A stretch of 34,188 nucleotides of DNA, taken from the IMG/VR virus record IMGVR_UViG_3300042191_000021, positions 1 to 34,188 of that record, one strand, 5' to 3'. Shown piece after piece: positions 15,119 through 24,172 of this stretch. A model generated the notes under the pieces. The model saw nothing but the letters and a program-made list of their open reading frames with translations, searched no databases and was not told the DNA's origin. Every line of letters begins with the position of its first letter. Position 1 is the stretch's first letter. This DNA comes from a virus. Taxonomy: Duplodnaviria > Caudoviricetes. A program made the position numbers and the translations under genes.

Positions 15119-17980
15119 TCATCCTCCCGAATAACAAGCGTAGACCGTGGCGGGAGGGTCGAACGCATCGCCGCCGCCCACCGGAACATTGGTGTGCATC
15201 ACGACCAACCCTTCACTCGGGAGTTCATCATAGTCGTACCAAGCGAGCCGCAGTCCATTGACCCAGACCTTGGTGGTGCCCGGCTGGTAGACATTGGCAG
15301 TCTGGTAGTAGGTCAATGACGGATCGACACCATCGGGAGTCGGGATACGCGCTAGATTCGCGCAAGCATAGCCGACTGGCGCATCTGTTGGCGGTGCAGT
15401 CAGTGGATCATCACATGGATCAAGCCCGCAGGGTAGATATACATAGGCGTTCCCGGCACCGCCAGTTTCGTTGGACTCGACCCGTGCCTTACTCCCATCC
15501 ACCTCGATGATGCCTCCACCCGGACCATTCGTCCAACCAGACCCGAGACTCATCTCCGTTGTGCCCCAAGCGCCGGTTTCCGTTCTAGTGAAGGTATCCG
15601 TCAGGGTGGTTTCGGCGTACCCTGTAACTGTGACCTCGGACAACTCCATGTAAGACCCGGTGGTCTGGCTTGCGGCGTCTGTATGGAAGAGCAGATACGA
15701 CAATACTGTTGGGTCAATGGCGGCACTAGCATGTGTAGATGAAACGAGCCAGAACCCCGGTTCTGTGTCTCCATCTTTCCAAGCCTTCGCCTTTACGGCC
15801 AGAGATTCGATCCGTAGTTTCACCCAGAAGAAAACGTCTGCCCCGAAAGTGAAGGCCAGCGTATTCGATGGGCTAGAGAAGTAGGTCCCGCCAGATCGTC
15901 CCTGAGGGTCAAGGTAGAGGTCGCTATTAGCATCTCCGCCCTGCATGTTGACATAGACCGAGCCGAAGGTATTGCCACCTTGAAATGTAGCGGCCTCACT
16001 GATTTGGAATTGACAGGACAGCGGGTCGTTGGTATCGACTCGATGGAATCGCATCTTGGCGGTGACTTCGATGGGGAGCGACCAGCAAGAGCCGTAGTAT
16101 CCGAATCCTCCGTTGACGCAGTATTCCTCGATAAAGAGCCTGACCCCTTCTACGAATCCGATGCTAGTACCGTCCGCAGCAAGGGTGATCCAGACTCTTA
16201 GCCGGGGATAACTGGTGGCAATCTGATCTCTACTGAACTCTTCACTCCAAGCATCAGGTTCATCAAGGGTGGCCTCCCATACTTTGAACCGAATGGCTAG
16301 CGTCTCGACTCGCCATCGTACCTTGAACCGAGCGGTGGCCCGTCCCATTAGGGCGACGACCGATCCACCTGTCTGGTATCCATCTGATGGTCCGGTGCCA
16401 TCACCGACCAGAGGGAAGGTGATGTAATCCAGCCCGGTCGTTGGGTGCCATCTCAGACGAAACTCGATCCGGTCGAATGGCCGACCGCCCACGCCCGCTG
16501 GTGTCTCAAGTCCGAAAATGGCTCGCCCATAGTCAAATGCACCACTGACCTCGTTTGGCTGAACGCCATAATCCTTTTCCCACCTAGCGGTAAATGTGAT
16601 ATCGAACGGAAGGTTGGTGGCCTGTATCAAATCTATCGTTTGACTGCCAGACGGAACAGCCGGACGATAAATCTTGGCCTCTTGACCGTTTACACTGAAG
16701 TAGTTGCTTGTTGGATTCGTCCAAGTGCCAGACGGACACTCCGCTATGCCCCAACCAGTGGTTTCAGTACGAGTGAATGTCTCCTTGCATTGACATTGGG
16801 TACATGGATCGTAGGATGGGAAGCCGGGGATGTTGAGATCGAGCACCGGGAATGCTGGGAACGGTGGGAATGGGAAGAAATCGAAGCCGGTCCACGGCTG
16901 GTTGATCTCGTGGCTCAAAGTCAAATCCCACCTCACATCTTCCTTGGTGGGGAAGGTGATCTTCATGGATCGAATAGGGATAACCTCGGTAAAGCCGAAT
17001 ACCGCAGAGCGCAGCGGCACCTTCTGGCCGCATACCAGTCCAGCGGTATAGACAGCGCACTGCGCTGATCTCTTGTCATCCTTACCACCGCGTAGGGATT
17101 GCGGCGAGCCATAGACATAGGAGTTCGATACCGAGTCGGCCGTGGCTTGCTTCCAGATGGCTTGGAATGGAGCGCCCAGTTGCCAGCGACCATGCGCGGT
17201 GATCGAAGTCGTATCAGTGGCGCGAGAAAACACCGGACTGCTAGAGCCTTGGCCCGCACCCCATACCAGCGCGTCGTTGACCAGATTAGAGCCGTCGTAG
17301 TCGATCTCAAGATCGCGGCACCCAATCTCGCCGCCAGTAGGATCGTCGGAAATTCCGAACGGAGCATCAGCCGTCTCTACATCGGTATGTACCACCTCCT
17401 TGTCGGGCCGAATGTAGTAGATGGCCCCGGTAACTGAAGTGATCCAGCGCATGAAGGTAGACCATGTCCAACCCGCGCTGGCCTGAATCTCGGTATCGGT
17501 CGAGGGAGTGCCGACGCTCGTAACGAGTGAAGTTCCCAGTCCATCGTCGCTCAGATCGAGATGGTTGGCGATGTAGTAGTCGATGACCGTGTTGTCGGCG
17601 GTCCCGGCTGGGAACGAAGTAAGGTAGCCATTCTCGGGAGTGACCTTGTCATACAGCACGCGCCGCTCGAATAGGATGTTGTAGTCCGCTCCCTCTACTT
17701 CCCAGTAGCGCGGCGTGAGATTCACTTTGCAACGGCAGTCGTAGGAGTCGAACCAGTATCCCCGCTTGATCTGCATGGCATAGCCGCCCCATGAGCGGAC
17801 GCCGTCTACATCAAGCGTGATCTCCTTACCGACCGTGAAGAACTGCGTCTGGTTCGCGTCTTTGACTCGGAAGTGACAGGTTCCCGCCCGACCGTTGACG
17901 GCAGAGGTGAATTCGGCATCGGCGAAGATCACGGCGTCAGTACGGTCAACCCCATCCACCATGAGGATTTTGACGCTCAT
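15119..17980 (-). CDS. tail tip hub-like protein (paralog 1) with lectin-like beta-sandwich domains
   Basis: Directly follows the TMP; WGGYAMQI...GADYNILF; two KVW/KAW...EP..W domains. Confidence 0.75.
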   Translation of the reverse strand: MSVKILMVDGVDRTDAVIFADAEFTSAVNGRAGTCHFRVKDANQTQFFTVGKEITLDVDGVRSWGGYAMQIKRGYWFDSYDCRCKVNLTPRYWEVEGADYNILFERRVLYDKVTPENGYLTSFPAGTADNTVIDYYIANHLDLSDDGLGTSLVTSVGTPSTDTEIQASAGWTWSTFMRWITSVTGAIYYIRPDKEVVHTDVETADAPFGISDDPTGGEIGCRDLEIDYDGSNLVNDALVWGAGQGSSSPVFSRATDTTSITAHGRWQLGAPFQAIWKQATADSVSNSYVYGSPQSLRGGKDDKRSAQCAVYTAGLVCGQKVPLRSAVFGFTEVIPIRSMKITFPTKEDVRWDLTLSHEINQPWTGFDFFPFPPFPAFPVLDLNIPGFPSYDPCTQCQCKETFTRTETTGWGIAECPSGTWTNPTSNYFSVNGQEAKIYRPAVPSGSQTIDLIQATNLPFDITFTARWEKDYGVQPNEVSGAFDYGRAIFGLETPAGVGGRPFDRIEFRLRWHPTTGLDYITFPLVGDGTGPSDGYQTGGSVVALMGRATARFKVRWRVETLAIRFKVWEATLDEPDAWSEEFSRDQIATSYPRLRVWITLAADGTSIGFVEGVRLFIEEYCVNGGFGYYGSCWSLPIEVTAKMRFHRVDTNDPLSCQFQISEAATFQGGNTFGSVYVNMQGGDANSDLYLDPQGRSGGTYFSSPSNTLAFTFGADVFFWVKLRIESLAVKAKAWKDGDTEPGFWLVSSTHASAAIDPTVLSYLLFHTDAASQTTGSYMELSEVTVTGYAETTLTDTFTRTETGAWGTTEMSLGSGWTNGPGGGIIEVDGSKARVESNETGGAGNAYVYLPCGLDPCDDPLTAPPTDAPVGYACANLARIPTPDGVDPSLTYYQTANVYQPGTTKVWVNGLRLAWYDYDELPSEGLVVMHTNVPVGGGDAFDPPATVYACYSGG

Positions 17981-20900
17981 TAGGAGACCGCCGCGCCGCG
18001 ACCACCAAGAAGACTGATCTTGCGACTGATGCTGACTTCAACCTCACGAGTGATGCGGCTCACCAGTTGCTTCAAGTCGTCATCGCTTCTCACAACATTG
18101 CCGCTGACCGAGATGTTCAAAATGATCTGCTGTCCTGCGCCGCCGCCCATCGCCATCTCTCGTGGATTGCGAAGGATGGCAACTGTCTCGGCCCCAGCCT
18201 CACCGATGGTCATCTTAGTCGGGCTGCCAATCACGCCGAGGAACCCAGTCTGGGCCGCCCTTTCGCGGAACCCAGAACTAGAGGTCCCCGCATTTGCACC
18301 ACTGCCAGCCCCAGTCCCAGTGTTGTAAACGCTTGAGATCGCAACCGAGGCTTGCGTCATAAAGACGCCCCATGCCTTGGCGGTCTGCTGGAGGATGTAC
18401 GAGAATCCTTCTGCGGTCTTTGCCATAATCTGGGCGGCACCCTGCTGCATGGCGTTGATGCCCTGCATTCCTTCTTGAACGTAGGTGCCAGCCCGCTGTA
18501 CGAGTTGATCTTGGAGCGCAGACAAGTGTTCGATGGCTTGCTGGGCAGCGGCCGTATCGACCGCAACCTTGATGCCCTGATTGAGCAGACCGATCTGCGC
18601 CTGAACGTCAGTCAGTTGGCGGCTAAAGCCGGTGTCCTGAATCTTGAACTGGATCGGAAGCGCCTCACCAGCGATACCAGCCTGCTGCTTCTGGATATCG
18701 AGTTGCTTCTGGGCGAACTCGGCCTCGATCTTGGCTTCCTCGATGCGAGCCGCTCGCTCTGCCGGAGTCGCTCCGGGCGCGACGAAGCCAGCCAGCGCAA
18801 CTTGGAAGTTCAACTGGCGTTGCTGCTGCTGGATCGACAACTGCTGTGATTGCAGAGTCAGTTCTTGAGATTGGCGGCCCAGCGCAATGTTCTGCTTCTC
18901 AAGGATGCCGAGGTTATCACCGCTGGTCGATCCGATGCGACCCGTGATCTGAAGCAAGTCAGTCTCGGTGCGATGGGCGATACGCAGTTGCTCGTTGTAC
19001 TGCGCGACCTGAAGGTTAGTCTGTTCCTGCTGGACGCCGATCTTCAATCCGCTGATCGTAGAACCGACGCTGCTGATCTGCTTCTCAAGTGCCTTGAACT
19101 CGGCCAGTTGCGATCTGGGCACCAAGGCTTCAAGCGCAGATTGGCCGTCTGCCTGCATCTTGACCAGTTGCTTATCTACATCAGAGATCATCGGGGCGAG
19201 TGCATCAAAGGCTCCACCGAATTGCTTGGCACTCGCGTCGAAGCCAGCACCGCCAAACGCACCACCGAATTGGGCGGGGATCGGAATACGCTGGCCGCCA
19301 ACCGTAGTCGGAGTACGCTGCGTTACGCCTGTACCGAAGGCCGTCAGAGGATTGGCGGCTTGTGCCAGAGCGAACTGTGCTGGGATGAACATCCGACGCT
19401 GCGTGAGAGCCTGCTCGCGGAACAAAGCCTTCTGGGCGTCAATCATGGGCTGTTGTTCGGTCAGCAAATCCTGAACGGATGGCTTTGGAAGGTTCTTGAA
19501 TGCTTCTTTTACGCCAGTAACCAGTTCTTCAGCAGTCAGCACCTTGCCCGTACCAGCCGCCGTCAGCACCAAGCCTCGATCCGCCAGAGCATTGGCAAGG
19601 TCGCTGGCTTGAGTACCAGTAAGAGTGCCTTGAGATGGAAGCCTACTTATCTCACTCTGTTGTCTCAGGGCAGCAGTCTTACTGACACCAGCCTCGGTCT
19701 GATCTTTGATGGTGATGCCCAGCGAGGAGAGTTCTTGATTCAGAAGATCAACGGTCTTCTGATTGTTCGCGGCCAATGCTTCTGGTGTGAAACCACTAGG
19801 CACCCTGCCAGTGATATTCGAGGTTGTGAATCCTGCTTCAAGGTCTTGGCGCAGTTGTTCGACTAGACCCTTCTGTGCGCCGATTCCAAATATGCCACCA
19901 CCGATTGAACTGGTGATGCCCGGCGTACCCTGAGCATTCTGGAAGTTGAAGTTGGCTTGCAGAAGATCGCGCTGCTGCTGGAATGCGGCCAATCCTGCCG
20001 AGGTCTGCGCTTGTGCGAGCAATTGAGGACGAACCTGCTCGGCAGCCGCACCCTTGAATCCTGCCCCGGCGAAGACTTGAGCAATCGCCTGATCGGCCAG
20101 CCCGGCTCTCTGTTGTGTGATCGACGCGAGGGTGTCAGAGACCTGTCCTGCAACTTCACCAAAGTTGGTGGCGCGAGCAATGGCTGGCTTCAGCGCCTCT
20201 GCCATACCACCAACAATGGCTGTAACGGCCTGCATCCCGACGCCGAACGCGAGTCCACCAGCGATACCACCAATGAAGCCTGCGGCGAGATTGCGAAGTC
20301 CACCGCCAGCCGCCTTCTGGGCCGCGATGGAGAGTTCGGTGGCGTTCTTGGTAGCCACTTGATACTGATTCCCCAGATGCTCGACTACTTCGCGCTGGGT
20401 ATTCAGTTCAGCCCTGATCGCCTTCTTCTGGGCAGGGTTCGTAGAAGCGGCGTATGCCCGCTCCATCTGGAACTCCTTGTCCTTGGCAAGCGTCAAGCGT
20501 TCTTGAAGTTGACGCTGTTCAGTGAGAGCGGCGGCGGCCTGTTGCTGTGTCTCACGAGCCTCAGAGCCGCCTAGTCTGGTCGAAATCAGACCAGCAAGGA
20601 ATGTACCGGGCGCCCTAACCGTAGTTGCTTGACGGGCCGCGATCAGTCGAGTCTGGGCGGCGATTCTGGCCTGCACGCCCTCTTCTAGTTCTGGAGTGGC
20701 GCCGATAATTGACTCGCGCTCATCGGGACCAATTTTCCGAGTTGGCTGAGATGGTTTCTCGGATGGCGGGCGTCGTCTGCGTCCGAATCCAGCAGTCGAA
20801 GGCAGGCGATTCTCGGCGGCGGTCTGAGCATTCGGGCCGAACTCTCCGGTAAGAGCCCGCAGTTCACGTTCCTGTTCTGAGACATCGGAGGAGACTGGCG

Positions 20901-21765
20901 GCTGATAGATTTCGGCGGCTTTTGCGGTGGGCGCCACCGTTGGTCGCGCAACGGGCTGCATGACGCCCGAAAGGAAGCGGCCAGTAGCCGGATCACGCTG
21001 GGCACCTGCGGCACGCGCAAATCCGCCAGCCTGACCGGGACGCAGTCCTTGTGCGGCAGCCCGTTGTGCGGCGACATAGTCATCCTGCGCCCGCATATTC
21101 TCGTATAGATCGTCGCGGCCCGGAGTGAATCCATACCTAGGCGGTCGGAATCCACCAATGCCGAGCGGCTGACCACCTACCGCATAGCCTTCGCCGCCAC
21201 CAACCGCTCCGCCGCCGCCTTGTGGATGAACGCGGGCCAGTCCGCCAGTGGGCGTGGTGTATTGAATCGTCCTCTTTTCTGCATTGGCCTGCGCCTGTGC
21301 GACAGCCTTGGGATCAACGCCTGCGGCGCGTGCCACAGGAGCCATCGTGGACCGCGCAACGGGCTCGGCTCCACCACCGGGCGATCCAGACATGGTGAAC
21401 GAACTGGGAGGTGCCTTCTCCCAGCCAACCCAGTTGCCCTTGACATTGACCGTTATGGTCCCGATTTGCCCTGTTAGCCCCTTGACAAATGTATTGGTGG
21501 CGGTCTGCGAAGGCATAGCCATTTGAAGTGGCACCGTGAGACCGCCAGCGGCAGGATCGCGGAACAGACGCGAAATATTGCGGCGTGCATCGAGCACCGC
21601 CGTCGCAGAAGGTATTTGGATTTGAGCGCGAATCTGGAGGTTGACGTTGCCATATTTCGAGACAAACTCGCGCATCCGCAACTCAGACTGTTGCAGGACG
21701 GAGAATAGGCGTGATGCGTCACCGCTTACTTCAGCGGACAGACCACCGATATTGTCTTCAGCCAT
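17980..21765 (-). CDS. tape measure protein
   Basis: 1261 aa, Ala/Gln/Gly-rich and helical; RDPATGRF motif; C-terminal GEAGAE; follows the chaperone genes; AAGGAGGTGA SD. Confidence 0.9.
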   Translation of the reverse strand: MAEDNIGGLSAEVSGDASRLFSVLQQSELRMREFVSKYGNVNLQIRAQIQIPSATAVLDARRNISRLFRDPAAGGLTVPLQMAMPSQTATNTFVKGLTGQIGTITVNVKGNWVGWEKAPPSSFTMSGSPGGGAEPVARSTMAPVARAAGVDPKAVAQAQANAEKRTIQYTTPTGGLARVHPQGGGGAVGGGEGYAVGGQPLGIGGFRPPRYGFTPGRDDLYENMRAQDDYVAAQRAAAQGLRPGQAGGFARAAGAQRDPATGRFLSGVMQPVARPTVAPTAKAAEIYQPPVSSDVSEQERELRALTGEFGPNAQTAAENRLPSTAGFGRRRRPPSEKPSQPTRKIGPDERESIIGATPELEEGVQARIAAQTRLIAARQATTVRAPGTFLAGLISTRLGGSEARETQQQAAAALTEQRQLQERLTLAKDKEFQMERAYAASTNPAQKKAIRAELNTQREVVEHLGNQYQVATKNATELSIAAQKAAGGGLRNLAAGFIGGIAGGLAFGVGMQAVTAIVGGMAEALKPAIARATNFGEVAGQVSDTLASITQQRAGLADQAIAQVFAGAGFKGAAAEQVRPQLLAQAQTSAGLAAFQQQRDLLQANFNFQNAQGTPGITSSIGGGIFGIGAQKGLVEQLRQDLEAGFTTSNITGRVPSGFTPEALAANNQKTVDLLNQELSSLGITIKDQTEAGVSKTAALRQQSEISRLPSQGTLTGTQASDLANALADRGLVLTAAGTGKVLTAEELVTGVKEAFKNLPKPSVQDLLTEQQPMIDAQKALFREQALTQRRMFIPAQFALAQAANPLTAFGTGVTQRTPTTVGGQRIPIPAQFGGAFGGAGFDASAKQFGGAFDALAPMISDVDKQLVKMQADGQSALEALVPRSQLAEFKALEKQISSVGSTISGLKIGVQQEQTNLQVAQYNEQLRIAHRTETDLLQITGRIGSTSGDNLGILEKQNIALGRQSQELTLQSQQLSIQQQQRQLNFQVALAGFVAPGATPAERAARIEEAKIEAEFAQKQLDIQKQQAGIAGEALPIQFKIQDTGFSRQLTDVQAQIGLLNQGIKVAVDTAAAQQAIEHLSALQDQLVQRAGTYVQEGMQGINAMQQGAAQIMAKTAEGFSYILQQTAKAWGVFMTQASVAISSVYNTGTGAGSGANAGTSSSGFRERAAQTGFLGVIGSPTKMTIGEAGAETVAILRNPREMAMGGGAGQQIILNISVSGNVVRSDDDLKQLVSRITREVEVSISRKISLLGGRGAAVS

Positions 21766-21780
21766 AACGCATCACCTCCT

Positions 21781-22038
21781 TTATCCCATCGGAACGGTTA
21801 TCGTCTCAACATTGTCATCATGGAGCGCAGCGTTGATGGCCTGTTGAGTCGGATCGTCCGTATCTTCGCCGCTTCTCGCCTTGTCGATGGCCTCGGATTC
21901 ATAGTTGTAATGATCCAAGTAGGTGTCCCGCATCTGGACATATGACCGATACGGGACCTTCTTCAACTGGTCTGGAGTTAGTCTCCAGAAATGGGCGACC
22001 TTGTTGAAATGGTATCGCCCCAGACTCAGTCTTTTCCC
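21781..22038 (-). CDS. tail assembly chaperone, -1 frameshift extension (gpGT-like C-terminal part)
   Basis: The -1 frame from GGGAAAA reads GKRLSLGRYHFNKVAHFWRLTPDQLKKVPY... and stays open to 21781. Confidence 0.8.
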   Translation of the reverse strand, partial: GKRLSLGRYHFNKVAHFWRLTPDQLKKVPYRSYVQMRDTYLDHYNYESEAIDKARSGEDTDDPTQQAINAALHDDNVETITVPMG

Positions 22039-22346
22039 GGCTCTGGTGCCTCCGCCTTGTCGGTGTGCAGATCAGTGACGGCCTTGGCAAGCGCATTGAC
22101 CTTGAGCAGCGGCATCTCGCCGATGTCATCGAGCGTCAACTTTGGATCGCTGGCGCTCTTGGTCATCATCAGCCGAGTCAGCAAGACGCCGTTGATGGTG
22201 CCATCCTCCCGCTTCGCCAACTCCTCGCACTTGTCATACGCCTTCGCCGAAATCTCGGTGAAGTGGTAGGTCTTTCCCTTGTAGGTGACCTCGGATGAGC
22301 CGAACTCCGACTCATCCTGCGGCACAATTACTGGTCGGCTGGACAA
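22026..22346 (-). CDS. tail assembly chaperone (gpG-like)
   Basis: Lies between the tail tube genes and the TMP and ends at the slippery site. Start is TTG 22346 (AAAGGGG SD) or GTG 22325. Confidence 0.8.
   Translation of the reverse strand: MSSRPVIVPQDESEFGSSEVTYKGKTYHFTEISAKAYDKCEELAKREDGTINGVLLTRLMMTKSASDPKLTLDDIGEMPLLKVNALAKAVTDLHTDKAEAPEPGKD
22032..22038 (-). promoter_or_regulatory. -1 programmed ribosomal frameshift site G GGA AAA
   Basis: CCG GGA AAA GAC TGA at the end of the chaperone ORF; X XXY YYZ in the correct phase. Confidence 0.85.
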
Positions 22347-22630
22347 AGTGTGACCCCTTTCATTACGAGTAGACGCCCGTTCAGCGTCGTTTCTGCGGCA
22401 TCGGCGAGGATGTAGGTCTTGCCCTTGCCGATATCGACCGACACGCGCTTGACCATCTCCTCTTCGTTCCACGCCGCTTCATTGATGTATGACAGGTTAC
22501 CCCTGAAGAGATAGGTTTCGGCATCTTCCGAACGAAGCGTCCAGTTAGCAAAGTAGCCGATCAAGGCTCCTGCTGACGGAACGGTGACCTGTCCCTCTAC
22601 GCCGCTGATCGAGTTTGCAAAGACTCCCAC
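22328..22630 (-). CDS. tail-tube-like protein (probable paralog of 22757..23137)
   Basis: SISGVEGQVTV...IGYFANWTL resembles KLHGKNGKIVF...VAVKNQWTL. Confidence 0.6.
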   Translation of the reverse strand: MGVFANSISGVEGQVTVPSAGALIGYFANWTLRSEDAETYLFRGNLSYINEAAWNEEEMVKRVSVDIGKGKTYILADAAETTLNGRLLVMKGVTLCPADQ

Positions 22631-22650
22631 GGATTACCCCTTTCTATCGA

Positions 22651-22720
22651 GACAAACCAAAAAGCCAGCCCCATAAACGATACTCGCGCCCGTTTGCGCG
22701 GATCGTATATGAGACTGGCT
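22651..22720 (-). terminator. intrinsic terminator with an extended stem
   Basis: AGCCAGTCTCATA/TATGGGGCTGGCT 13-bp stem plus two inner stems, followed by TTTTGGTTTG. Confidence 0.7.
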
Positions 22721-22756
22721 GATCGGTTGTAGACCATCGGGTCTAGTTTAGACGAG

Positions 22757-23137
22757 TTAGATGGTCGTCCACGGGCCACTTCCACGGAAGTTCCCAGAGA
22801 TGCGGACGGCATCGGTGTTGCTGGCCGTGATGGAAGCGTCCATGAAGCCAGAGCCAGAGGCCACGAGGGTTGAGTCGTCGCTATACAGTTCGATGAGACC
22901 GGCATCTGCGGCAGAGGCCGTCAGCAGCAGATCGCCGCTGTTATCGAGCAGGCCATTGTAGGTTCCGCTGATGTCTCTCAGGCCCACGAGGTAGGTCTTG
23001 TTGATATCGCCGAACACCGTGGCGTCCACGAAGTCTCGATTGAGGTTGAGGGTCCACTGATTCTTGACGGCGACCGTTACGCTGTTGAAGACGATCTTGC
23101 CGTTCTTACCGTGGAGTTTTGTACCTGAGTTCGCCAT
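22757..23137 (-). CDS. major tail tube protein
   Basis: HGKNG...WTLNLNRDFVDATVFGD..KTYLVGLRDISG tube signature; position after the tail terminator. Confidence 0.85.
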   Translation of the reverse strand: MANSGTKLHGKNGKIVFNSVTVAVKNQWTLNLNRDFVDATVFGDINKTYLVGLRDISGTYNGLLDNSGDLLLTASAADAGLIELYSDDSTLVASGSGFMDASITASNTDAVRISGNFRGSGPWTTI

Positions 23138-23153
23138 GTTTCGCTCCTATTCC

Positions 23154-23585
23154 CTACAACGGCTGGTCTGTCCAGATCGAGTAGGTTCCGCCGACGCGGT
23201 AGATTTTCTTGCCCTCTTCCGTCACTTCCGAGAGTCTTATTCCCGCAATGCGACGGCAGAAGAGGATGGACTGGCCGGTGACTGCGGCGAGGTTGTCCTC
23301 GACCGTGGTACATACGACCGAGTCGAGGTTACTGGCCTCGACCTGACTCTCCGACGTAGCCTCGATATCCACCGCTGCCCGAATCGTGCGATTGCTAAAG
23401 TCGTCGTCATACGGCGCATACACGAATCGGTAGGTCAGGTGTGGATACTTGGTTCCTGTGGGAGCGATGTCCTCGTGAATGCCGTGGAGTGTCCCACTGG
23501 TGGTCGCGGCATTGAGCGCCGAGTTATTGGCTCGGATTGTTTGCACGAGGGATTGAATGATGGGGGCTTCGGTGGTTCGCGTCAT
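23154..23585 (-). CDS. tail terminator (tail completion) protein
   Basis: GIHEDIAP....YP.L pattern; synteny. Confidence 0.75.
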   Translation of the reverse strand: MTRTTEAPIIQSLVQTIRANNSALNAATTSGTLHGIHEDIAPTGTKYPHLTYRFVYAPYDDDFSNRTIRAAVDIEATSESQVEASNLDSVVCTTVEDNLAAVTGQSILFCRRIAGIRLSEVTEEGKKIYRVGGTYSIWTDQPL

Positions 23586-24172
23586 CGGATCACCTTTGCC
23601 AATCGTGCCCGGAATGCTTCGCGTTGCTGGGCAATCGCAGGGCGCAGGTATGGCTGGGCACGACTGCGATGCGTGCCCAGTTCGACAAATTTGGCATACG
23701 GCGTCGGCGAGACAGCCCTGCCGATCACGGTCTGCCCGTCAGTCTCGGCTGGCTCGGCGCGAATCTCGCCGCGCAACCGACCACCGAGGTAGTTCTTGCC
23801 GCCAGACTTGAAGTTGGCTCTACCAGACTTGAGTTCGTATCGTCCGCGCGAGGTGAGCGGTGTGTTGAATTGCAGACGGCCCGGTCGAATCAGGATGCGG
23901 CGCGGGCCGAATGTGTGGATGCGTGAGGCTGCCGTGCGCTGGGTACGAACTCGCCCCGGCGCTAGTCCGAGCCCAGAGCGCAGATGGGCTTCGGCCGCAG
24001 CCTCTTCGATGCTTTGGAGAGTGGCTTTGCCAACCGATCCCTTGAACACCTTGCGGACCGGAGCCTTCTCAATCGCCGTTGCCGCAATCTCGGCGGTCGT
24101 TTCGTTTACGGCGGCCTCGATACCACTCAGGATGCTCCGAAAGATGCGATCTGCCGAGAAACTAACGGTCAC
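23582..24172 (-). CDS. HK97 gp10-family neck protein with a large insertion
   Basis: APV...GRLR..I...YAKFVELGT....AQPYLRPA; start moved to GTG 24172 (GTGA overlap). Confidence 0.85.
   Translation of the reverse strand: MTVSFSADRIFRSILSGIEAAVNETTAEIAATAIEKAPVRKVFKGSVGKATLQSIEEAAAEAHLRSGLGLAPGRVRTQRTAASRIHTFGPRRILIRPGRLQFNTPLTSRGRYELKSGRANFKSGGKNYLGGRLRGEIRAEPAETDGQTVIGRAVSPTPYAKFVELGTHRSRAQPYLRPAIAQQREAFRARLAKVIR

Noticed and set aside
18850-20574. Long + strand ORFs opposite the tape measure gene (338 aa, 205 aa)
   Set aside because: Antisense shadows of a GC-rich coding frame; no SD, motifs or operon context.
22347-22472. N-terminal extension of the chaperone ORF in the track (148 aa)
   Set aside because: It overlaps the upstream tube-like gene out of frame; better starts exist at 22346 and 22325.
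22711-22720. AGCCAGTC shared between the tail terminator stem and the replication-leader loop, as a trans-acting RNA link
   Set aside because: One extra 8-mer match in 34 kb on two strands is expected by chance.
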